A stretch of DNA of 58,853 nt, filler included, from Nemertoderma westbladi (taxonomy: Eukaryota > Animalia > Xenacoelomorpha), in NCBI GenBank assembly GCA_032718475.1. It is 3 parts of 3 records of this genome, joined end to end, with 100 filler letters (N's around TTAATTAATTAA, not from the genome) between each part and the next. Parts side by side here need not be neighbours in the genome. Positions count along the whole stretch, not along the records: positions 38,397 to 58,853 come from JAUCBJ010005306.1; 2 more parts are not named here. One strand, given 5' to 3'. Under the pieces are notes generated by a model that was not told the DNA's origin, did not search any database, and was given only the letters and a program-made list of their open reading frames with translations. Below, piece by piece: positions 49,498 to 58,853 of this stretch (position 1 is its first letter; each line of letters starts with the position of its first letter). The translations under genes were made by a program, and so were the position numbers.

Positions 49498-49939
49498 ACC
49501 AAAACTACTCTGTATAAAAAATCAATAAAAATAATAATCAAATCAACTGTTTGGTAAGAAAGCTAGGCAAATATTTGGCTCTCCCCCTCTTCCCAGTAGC
49601 CAACTTTGGACTCATCTGTGTTTGAATCTACTTTAAAATACTGAAACTAGAATAACACAGTTCACTCAGCGCACAACTGCATTATTGGAACTAATTTCAG
49701 TATTCTGGTATCATTACTCTGTTGCTTAGATACCGACTTACAGTAGGCCTACACATGTCTACTGGTCAATTGCTGTACTTACACATTCATACATTACACA
49801 TTACAGCATTATATTGTTGCAGTCTTGCAGGTAGGCCATCTACGGTACCGGTACTTTATGTTGAACTGTTACAGTGTTAATATTGTTGAACTGCATTTCC
49901 TTATTTCTCAATTCAGCAATTCGATCTATTACCGGTGCG

Positions 49940-50095
49940 GTAAGTGAGGTGGCTCCAGCGCGTGATACAGTGATAAGCTGATAAGGTTAAGAGGTAACTG
50001 CTTTGGTTAGCCTGTTAGCCTACTCAGTTATAGTTTAAGACACATTCCATCATTCAAGCAATATAGAGAGAGATCTGGACATTTTTTCACACCAG
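49940..50095 (+). other. Putative 5'-UTR intron of the calcineurin B gene
   Basis: CG|GTAAGT donor at 49940 and TTTTTTCACACCAG acceptor 8 nt before the ATG. A second candidate intron lies at 49831-49916 (CAG|GTAGG ... TTTCCTTATTTCTCAATTCAG). Confidence 0.5.
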
Positions 50096-50103
50096 ATACC
50101 AGA

Positions 50104-50613
50104 ATGGGGAACGAAACCTCTCTCCCGACCGAGTGCGCAAACTTCGATGAAACGGAGATACGGCGTTTGGGCGCGCGGTTTCGTAAACTCGACATCGATC
50201 ACTCGGGAACTCTAACCGTGGAAGAGTTCATGAAGGTCCCCGAACTCCAACAAAACCCGCTGGTCGCGCGAGTCATCGAAATATTCGACAAAGACGGCAA
50301 CGGCGAGATCGATTTCAAGGAGTTTATCGAGGGCGTCAGCCAATTCTCGGTAAAAGGGGAAAAAGATGCAAAACTCCGATTCGCCTTTAAAGTTTACGAT
50401 ATCGATAAAGACGGTTTTATTTCCAACGGGGAATTATTCCAAGTTCTTAAAATGATGGTGGGGAATAACCTGAAAGACTCCCAGTTGCAGCAAATCGTCG
50501 ACAAAACGATAGTGAATGCGGATAAGGATGGTGACGGCAAGATAAACTACCAGGAGTTCTGTGACGTTGTTTACGGACTCGGTGTCGACAAGAAAATGGT
50601 AGTCGACGTTTAG
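50104..50613 (+). CDS. PPP3R1: Calcineurin B regulatory subunit, single coding exon, 169 aa
   Basis: MGNE myristoylation start; [35 protein letters not shown]; four EF hands; C-terminal KKMVVDV. Confidence 0.98.
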   Translation: MGNETSLPTECANFDETEIRRLGARFRKLDIDHSGTLTVEEFMKVPELQQNPLVARVIEIFDKDGNGEIDFKEFIEGVSQFSVKGEKDAKLRFAFKVYDIDKDGFISNGELFQVLKMMVGNNLKDSQLQQIVDKTIVNADKDGDGKINYQEFCDVVYGLGVDKKMVVDV

Positions 50614-52520
50614 CTGCGACCGTGTGCCGTGGTTATAATATCGTGGAAAGTTGTTCTGGGCCAAATATTTGAGTGAGTGTTTTATTTATTCGTTTAAGTA
50701 ATAATTGTTGCTTTAATCTAAGCCAATGCCGCTACGATCCCTGATATATACGTACGTGCAATACCGATTGTTCTACCGGTAGTGTGTATTACTCATTGCA
50801 GTTAAGTAGGCCTACCTGTGCTGTAGTACGCTTGTTTGTATGTATGTGTAGTTTATGTAACCCACTAGTCTGCCAACGCGTTGACTAAGCAGTGTACCTC
50901 CACCCTAATCAATTTGTTTTTAATTAATAAGCGTTTGATTTTGACGCACGAAATAACAGAAAGGCACAGATTCATCTCATATTCCTGAGCAATCTCTTTA
51001 TTTCATCCATCGCATGTTATTCATTTTCGAATTCAATTCAACCAACGTGCTGTTCTTACATATCGCATATCCCCATGGCATACACATATATAGAGAGCTA
51101 TGTGGTGTGTACATTGTACTTGTTTGCCAATAATAACACGAATCTATTATTATCCTGCACTACAAGAAGTATTTAGAATACCATAAACTGTAGGCTAACT
51201 ATCTATTCATCAGATTCCAATGTTCTATTGCTCCTCCGTTGGTTGACACAACAATACGAATTGTTTTTGTTAAATTAACTTAAATTGTTTTAGGAATTTC
51301 AGCATAACCCCATCATATAGCTATTATAGTCATTTTTAAAACGACTGCACAATAATAGTGGCTTACTAGAACGTGGCGAACTTTCTAGAATTCAGGAAGT
51401 TAGTCGCAAATCTACATTATTTATTGTTTTGATTAGGAGACAACGCGAAATTAAACTGCTCTTTCCCTTAAGTACTTTTTTAAACCCACCAAACACACAC
51501 ACAGTTTTGGTCTTTACTACCATTTTGCGCCATAACTTTTAGTACTTAGGCGATGTTTAGGCCTTTAGATTATAAGCGCTACCACCCCCCCCCCCCCCCC
51601 CCCCCCCTATCCTATGCCGCTATATATTTGCGAATCGGAAGCACTGTATGTAGTGCACTTAATCTGCCGGTCACTTAGATGTTAATTATTAATTACAACT
51701 ATTTTGTATATAATTGGTTCTAGTCTACTAATTATCATTGGTGTATTAGAGTTACACTGTACATTCAAGATTAACAAATCCAATTTTTCCACTTTTCTAA
51801 TATTGATTTAATAATTTTATACATTTTCTTTTAATAATAAGAAGCTACAAGAATCCAATGAATTCACAATCTCCAAAGAAATAGTTATTTCAATTAAACG
51901 CAAACAAACAATATTATAACATTCAATATGTGTAGCAGAATTCAGGGTTGTCCGAAATATTGAAACGAAACGATTGATATTCTCCCAAGATCGAACGAAA
52001 TATTTTTTATAATTCTGTGATCAATCCTATTCTATAGTGGTTAGTGGTGTGACACACATAATTTTCCATTCACGATCTTCCTGGGTTATTTAATATTTTA
52101 TTCAACTCTTTTAATACTCTTTGTCTTTATACTGGGTTTCTAAGGTGGTGTCTGTTAGTTTCTTGTTTACTGATTTCGATTTCACCAATTCTCTTCATCA
52201 CCTCAGCTTCGCGACACACCCCTACCAACACGAATAATCTGGTGTGATGAAGTGTTTGTGCAATCTTCGTAATTGATATATTAATTATAACTTTATGTAA
52301 CCAGTTTCAAAACATGTGACCTTCATTATTAGTATTCCAATATATACCCAATTCTGTTTACATCGAATTATTTTGAATGCCAGTCGATTCCCCCCTGCCT
52401 GCGTTACTTTCTCATGGCGAATAATAAAATGGCAGGCCGTTAATCACATTGTGACACATTGTTGTTGATTTGGTTGGTAAACCGCATAACAATCATACAT
52501 TACATCAGTAGCACATTTGT

Positions 52521-53150
52521 TGGAGACACAGGTGGAGCTTGGGGCTTTAAGTCGGGAGACACAGGTGGAGCTTGGGGCTTTAAGTCGGTAGAAACAGGTG
52601 GAGCTTGGGGCTGTAAGTCGTGAGACACAGGTGGAGCTTGGGGCTGTAAGTCGGGAGACACAGGTGGAGCTTGGGGCTGTAAGTCGGTAGAAACAGGTGG
52701 AGCTTGGGGTTGTAAGTCTGGAGAAACACGTGGAGCTAGGGACTTTAAGTCGGGAGAAACAAGTGGAGCTTGAGGCTGTAAGTCGGTAGAAACAGGTGGA
52801 GCTTGGGGCTGTAAGTCGGGAGACACAGGTGGAGCTAGGGGTTGTAAGTCTGGAGAAACACGTGGAGCTTGGGGCTGTAAGTCGGTAGAAACAGGTGGAG
52901 CTTGGAGCTGTAAGTCGGGAGAAACAGGTGGAGCTTGGGGCTGTATGTCGGGAGAAACAGGTGGAGCTTGGGGCTGTAAGTCGGTAGAAACAGGTGGAGC
53001 TTGGGGCTGTAAGTAGGGAGACACAGGTGGAGCTAGGGGTTGTAAGTCTGGAGAAACACGTGGAGCTTGGGGCTGTAAGTCGGTAGAAACAGGTGGAGCT
53101 TGGGGCTGTAAGTCGGGAGAAACAGTTGGAGCTTGGGGCTGTAAGTCGGT
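52521..53150. repeat. 33-bp tandem repeat (about 19 units), open on the minus strand as (DLQPQAPPVSP/T)n
   Basis: Unit GGAGAMACAGGTGGAGCTTGGGGCTGTAAGTCG; no indels across the array. Confidence 0.93.
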
Positions 53151-55193
53151 CTGTTTATCAGTTTTAGATTTATACAACTTCCAGTGGAGTTTCCATGGAA
53201 TTATGAACCTCCAGCATCCATTTTAGAAAGTATTAACCTTTCAAGGTATAAGTAAATATTGAATTGTCGGTATGGCATCAATATATTGTGGCGTAGTGGG
53301 ATGCGGCATGAATCCCCACTAAACATCTTTCATTAATATACAGTATACACAACACATACTGACATCCATTGGTTTGTTGACCTTAGAATCAAGTCAAAGT
53401 CAGTAGTTTCGAGCCGAATAATTAATTTAGTAGTTTATTTGATGACAGAGTGAGTCATTTTAACAAAATAATTATCGTATATTAAGACATGATTTGATTA
53501 CGCCAAGAAATACTATTTCACATAACGAGTATGCGGACGTAATAATGTGGTTAGAAAGAAAAGTAAAATAATAATTTATTTCAAGTTGTATGGGACGAGT
53601 CAGAATTATGAGTTATGAACGGTTATGACCGCTCGCCAAAGTCTGTGTTGATGTGCGTATTGGAAGCCAATAACTATGCCAAATCTAATCTGTTCTTTAC
53701 AAATAACTAATTAACCGCTCAGTCTGTGTCACATCGGTAAATTAAATAGACGTAATTGATTTGATTATTTAATTAACCGGCGGCCTATAATCCCCAGTCG
53801 CCTATCAGAGATCAGACAAAGGTTCCACGCACTGAAATAGCATATATACCGTCTGAGAGTTGTATTGGTGTTAATTTTGTCACGTAGCAGATAATTTCAC
53901 AGAATAATGACGAATTATGATCGTGTATTGCTAACACTAACATTTTATTAATTAATTTACATATTGTACGATAAAATATACTTTATTTCCCTTCTCGTCC
54001 ATAATCTAAAAATAAAATAATTTAATTGAACAATTTAATTGAATTAATAGAGCTTATTGGCCTAGCTCGCTGCGCTCTCTCCTCTCGGCCAATAAGCGAT
54101 CTCACCACAAGCGGTTGATAAAGCCTATTTTCCTTAAGAATTCACAATAAGTAGTTGATTTTATTATGTCAGTGACTTAATAAACTATAAACTGCTGCAA
54201 TACTAGAAGCCAGATAAAACGAGAAATCAGCACTCCATATGTACAACAATATGTAGTGCAAGTCAAGTTAGGCCGTGTAGCGTGTAACTTAGGCTAGAAA
54301 TAGCAACATTGATTTTACGTAGCAACAAGGTAACAACTAACTATAGGTTGGTTTGTATCTTGTTTACAGATAGGAGAGAGGGGGGGGGGGGGCAATAAAA
54401 ATGCCTCCCTCTCCAGGGGAAATTGGTTAATCTTATTTAATACAGACAACGTAACTATCGGTTTGTATCTTATCTTAACTATCTTAGTTAAGGGGGTGGG
54501 GGGGGGGGGGGGGGGGGGGGTAACACCCCCAAATGTATACATCAAATTGATAAAATATAAGTAAGTATGGAGGGAAATTCAAACGTGTGGTAGTTGTTGG
54601 AGTGCAGAGCACACATCATCAGATGAATGCCTATTTGCTATGGCAGTCGTCACATTTATTATTGGTGATCAAGCTGGCAGCCAGAGGACCAGGTGCAAGA
54701 GCTAGGCAGCTATGGGTCAATATACTGTAGAAAACTCCATATAGTTTATATAAAGAAATACTGAAAAGTAGGATATGCTGTGGAAAAAAAAACAAAGCAT
54801 ACCCAGTACTATGTTTTTTCCTTTTTTTTTCTTCTAAAGAATTAGCTTTAGCTCCGACCCTGTGAACTGTGAGTGTGACCACAAGGCAGCCAAGCATTGG
54901 ATCCCCACTATTGGCTACAGAATATAATTAGATTTACTGCTGTACCCTCTTAAGTCTGTCAGTAATAAACAGTTAATAGATCCAGAGCCAGAGGTCTATA
55001 ATATACAGATATAATATACGGCTATTGGTACCGGTACTGCATGCCAGGTACCGGTACCGGTACTATTGCAACCCAAGTGAAGTTTAATACTAAAACAGTA
55101 AAACGAGGCAACTTTTCACCAACTTTCCAACCCCGCAACCATTCCTGCATCCTACACTAACAAACAACCCAATCCATTCCGAGTCGATCAGTA

Positions 55194-56831
55194 ATGGCCT
55201 CCTCCACGGGTGATTATTACCTCCGGCTTGTAAACCTCCTTCAACGACTCGGTTACCATAGCAACGATCCCGACGCGATCGCGGAATTGTTTAAAAATGA
55301 AAAACACGCGATATTTTGGAAAGCAATAACAGATGCTGTTACTGATATAGCAGATAAAGAACCAGGACCAATCGATAAGGAAATATTGAACATCGGCGAA
55401 GGCGATCATAAGGACTCGAATCCGGACGAAACGGTTCCTAATCCTAACATCGAGGAACTTAATCTCATGGTTGGCAAACTAACGCGACATAAAAATCATA
55501 TTAAATCCGTAACGACCCTGGGTAAACTGAATGCCCATCGAGCGAAAGGAGAAGCTGTAAAAACATTTAGGGATGTCATTGAGGATGAAAAAGTTGAACT
55601 CAATAACATTGGGGAAGTCATAAACGATATTAAAACCTCGTTGTGCGACGAAGATAATTCACTATCGAGTATGAACTTAGATAAATGTTACGAGGAAGAG
55701 AGGAGGTTCACACAGGAACTCGCCAAGTTGGCCTCTATTAAGTTTTCCGGTCTCGAGAAATTCTCGGATAACAAACCCTCGTGTCAACTGGTTAGCTTAG
55801 AAGAATCGGAGACATCCAGCACGTCTGAGGTAAGCGAAGCGGATAAAGACGAATTATTCCGATTGAAGAAAGCCTACGGGTTAACAGAGCTGCACAGAAT
55901 ATCGGCTCGGTGCGACGAAGTCGGGGCTTTAGCAGCCAAGAGAATAGTTGATGAAAAACTAAGCCGACAATCTTACAGCGCAAACTCGCACGCGGACCCC
56001 CAACTTCTACAGGCCAAGATAATCAAAAACAAATTGGAATGCAAACAACAGGAAGCCGAAATAAAAGAGGCTTATAGTAAAGAAATACCCCAACTTATAG
56101 AAACTCTAGCGGCGTTGCAATCTAACGAGATCCTAGCCGGTAATTATGAGGTCAAGTTAAAAAGACAGGCTTACTTTACAGCCCAGCAGGACAGCGTGAT
56201 AACCGAGCTAATAGAACAACGGAGTCGCTATCAGATGATACAACTATGTCTGGACAGCGAGGAGAACAAACGCAAACAACTATACTCGTTGTTGTTCGTT
56301 CTAAACGAGTTGCTAAGCAATAAACTCCGGGTCTATAAGGAGTTAACGAGCCCCGAAGTCAACCCGGAAGTCGTCGACAAGAAGACAGTCCGAGCCACGA
56401 TCGATTCCCGGGATACAACCTTCCAGAATCTGTACGCCATGGCGAGCGGAGAATCTACCGAGCTCATTCAAAAGTATTCGCAACTCAAAGCCAACATAGA
56501 CGCCTTGAAACAAACAGTTAACGATGACGCCATACCGACGGATGACGTCATATTAGCGGTGACGTCTCTAGTTGAGAAAATCGAGAACTGCAAAGAGGTC
56601 GCTTTCAGTGGGTCGTCTAGGTCCGCGGTGGAGGAGACAATAAAGACTTTGAGCGACACGCTGAGAACTCTGGAACAACATATACTGGAGTTGGAACTCA
56701 GGAGTAAGAGGCATAGAGATGGACTCACCGGTGTCGCCGCTATCGTACACAACGAGCTGCCCGGGGCCTTCCTAAGCGGAGACCCGAAGAAACTCAAGGA
56801 ATTGACTACCAAAGCGAGAGACTCTATCTAG
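55194..56831 (+). CDS. HAUS3: HAUS augmin-like complex subunit 3, single coding exon, 545 aa
   Basis: N-terminal L..LGY; EL.RL..AY; ILAGNYEVKLKRQAYFTAQQDSV...LI.Q and RATIDSRD match conserved HAUS3 blocks; coiled-coil character. Confidence 0.82.
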   Translation: MASSTGDYYLRLVNLLQRLGYHSNDPDAIAELFKNEKHAIFWKAITDAVTDIADKEPGPIDKEILNIGEGDHKDSNPDETVPNPNIEELNLMVGKLTRHKNHIKSVTTLGKLNAHRAKGEAVKTFRDVIEDEKVELNNIGEVINDIKTSLCDEDNSLSSMNLDKCYEEERRFTQELAKLASIKFSGLEKFSDNKPSCQLVSLEESETSSTSEVSEADKDELFRLKKAYGLTELHRISARCDEVGALAAKRIVDEKLSRQSYSANSHADPQLLQAKIIKNKLECKQQEAEIKEAYSKEIPQLIETLAALQSNEILAGNYEVKLKRQAYFTAQQDSVITELIEQRSRYQMIQLCLDSEENKRKQLYSLLFVLNELLSNKLRVYKELTSPEVNPEVVDKKTVRATIDSRDTTFQNLYAMASGESTELIQKYSQLKANIDALKQTVNDDAIPTDDVILAVTSLVEKIENCKEVAFSGSSRSAVEETIKTLSDTLRTLEQHILELELRSKRHRDGLTGVAAIVHNELPGAFLSGDPKKLKELTTKARDSI

Positions 56832-57446
56832 GGTTTATTGTGTTCTTAATAGGTTTTTGAATTGTGATAAACAGATTCGGTTTCAAAGACAATTTAATGT
56901 GTCACAAATGTTTTACTGAGTAATACTCAATTGAAATCGGTGTCGGAACTGACCTCCACTGTCCTAAACTTCTGTAACAATTAAACCAATTAATTATTAT
57001 CTATATTAAAATTATACCCCATTGGTTAATTATTTAGTGTATTCGACAGTGGAGGGAAATTTAAATTGTATTTTGTTTCTCAGTCATTCTGCATGTTTCT
57101 AATATTTTAATTTTAATTTGGGGAGTAGCAAAAGTCTGTTGGCTGAAATATTAAACACCTTAGTTTCCGAATCTGGGTTATTGTAATAAACCCAGTGAAC
57201 ACATTATTACTTATTAAACGAGGTATCTGCAATTGATTGACTCATTCAATTAGGCCTAGAAGTAGATTTATTAACAAGCTTGTATAATTGTTTATATTTT
57301 AAGTTTAACTTGTAAAGTTGTATCATATTTCATAACCTATGCAATAACAATGGAAGTTTTTAGCGCTTAAAACTATAATTATTTATCATTGTTACAATTT
57401 GGGTAAAAATAATATGTGAAAAAAAATTACCATCCAATCCAAAACA

Positions 57447-58568
57447 ATGCGACTACCACCACTCCCAACAGCGAACGATGTACTCAAGTTGTACCGAGTT
57501 CGGGCCACCAAGAAACTCGCCCAGAACTTCCTACTGAACCAACGCCTCACCGATAAAATAGTGGGAATGGGAGGGCGAATTACGGGTAAACACGTGATTG
57601 AGGTAGGCCCAGGTCCTGGCAGCATCACGCACAGTATTATACGGCAGCGACCAAAGAGTCTGGTTGTAGTGGAGAAGGATACGAGATTCCAACCGTCTTT
57701 GGAGCAGCTAGCGGAAGCAGTCAACCCCACCATCGATATGAAAGTCTCCATGGAAGATATCCTCCAGTACAACTGGGAGGAATCCTTCGATAGATCCGTT
57801 TCGACTCCTTGGGATTCCGACTCAGATGTCTACGTTATCGGAAACCTCCCGTTCAACATCTCCATCGGTTTGCTCCTCCGACTCTTCCAGCAGTGCAGTC
57901 GGCGGTGCGGCGTGTTCTCTTACGGGCGATGCGTTCTGGTGCTGACGTTCCAGGACGAGGTGGCAGAAGGAATCTCCGGACCTCCGGGCCACCCCGAGCG
58001 CAGTCGTCTCTCCATACTCGCCCAGTATCTCTTCCACTGTAAGAAACTCATGACGATATCGGGGCGACACTGTTTCCCGCCGCCTGACGTCGATATAGGA
58101 GTCGTTCAAATGGTCCCGAGAATAGAACCCAAGATCAAGGAGAATTACGAGTTGATCGAGAAACTCGTGCGACACACGTTCCACTTCCGACAGAAGTACT
58201 GCTCGAAGGGCGTGGCCACGTTGTTCCCGGAGGAACGTTCCGACTTAGCGGTCGAGATGTTCCGCGTTGCGGAGGTGGACGGAACGAGACGTCCATTCCA
58301 ACTCGGGGTGTCTGAGTTCGCGGAACTATCGGTAGCCTACGCTGATATATGTCGGAGAATCCCCGGAATGTTTCTATACGACTACAGAGCTCCAAAGAAC
58401 TCTAGAAGGAAATCCACGGATGCGTATGGAACTGGTGAAGATGGAGATAGAACTGATACAGATACACCGGTTGATGTAGATAGAACTGATACAGATACAC
58501 CGGTTGATGTAGATAGAACCGATATGGAAAGGAATGAAGCTGATAGATTTGATACATTGAAGCAATAA
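57447..58568 (+). CDS. TFB1M: Mitochondrial 12S rRNA dimethyladenosine transferase 1, single coding exon, 373 aa
   Basis: RLPPLPT..V.KLY...A.K.L.QNFLL; VIEVGPGPG.IT; VVEKD.RF; IGNLPFN; RSRLSI; P.PDVD.GVV; FHFRQKYC. Confidence 0.96.
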   Translation: MRLPPLPTANDVLKLYRVRATKKLAQNFLLNQRLTDKIVGMGGRITGKHVIEVGPGPGSITHSIIRQRPKSLVVVEKDTRFQPSLEQLAEAVNPTIDMKVSMEDILQYNWEESFDRSVSTPWDSDSDVYVIGNLPFNISIGLLLRLFQQCSRRCGVFSYGRCVLVLTFQDEVAEGISGPPGHPERSRLSILAQYLFHCKKLMTISGRHCFPPPDVDIGVVQMVPRIEPKIKENYELIEKLVRHTFHFRQKYCSKGVATLFPEERSDLAVEMFRVAEVDGTRRPFQLGVSEFAELSVAYADICRRIPGMFLYDYRAPKNSRRKSTDAYGTGEDGDRTDTDTPVDVDRTDTDTPVDVDRTDMERNEADRFDTLKQ

Positions 58569-58853
58569 TTAATAATAGTCATACTTTAAATTCTTCAATA
58601 TAAATATATAGATACAACACAAGTCAAGTACACCTAAAGGTTATAGAACGCATCATATGTTATAGCCTCCTTTTTAAGTGTCTGTGAAGTAAAGCCGTTT
58701 TACAATATATTACCGCGAAATTAAAATTTCGGAATCACCCAAGCAAAAATAGGGGGTAAAATACATCCTAACAATAATTAATGTAAAACAGATTACTTGC
58801 AAGCCTCAAGTTAACTTACCTGCTATTTGGCGAATTAGTGTCTGCCAGTTGGC

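Overview
AT-rich animal (probably marine invertebrate) genomic window with two artificial scaffold gaps (N44-TTAATTAATTAA-N44). It holds seven conserved host genes, all with intron-free coding regions: PM20D2, an LDLRAD3-like receptor, TRMT10B-like (one-base frameshift), TUBGCP2, calcineurin B, HAUS3 and TFB1M. There is also one isolated, canonically spliced spectrin-repeat exon whose 3' end and splice donor are tandemly repeated six times. About half the window is mobile or repetitive DNA: a CRE-clade LINE end, RTE-like LINE fragments, an Academ remnant, hAT-, piggyBac- and mariner-like MITEs, a Helentron-like element carrying seven co-oriented CTCF-like motifs, and several minisatellites. 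The centrepiece is a 12-kb BEL/Pao LTR retrotransposon (19663-31663, near-identical LTRs, GTTGA target-site duplication) inserted in a 22-bp minisatellite. It has no tRNA-type primer-binding site. Instead, the 10 nt after the 5' LTR are perfectly complementary to a segment inside the LTR, in the register used for Tf1-type self-priming. It has also lost the RT catalytic core, and carries a double-hairpin repeat array plus an intact unknown ORF between pol and the 3' LTR. All family calls are from motif recognition by eye; no database searches were run.
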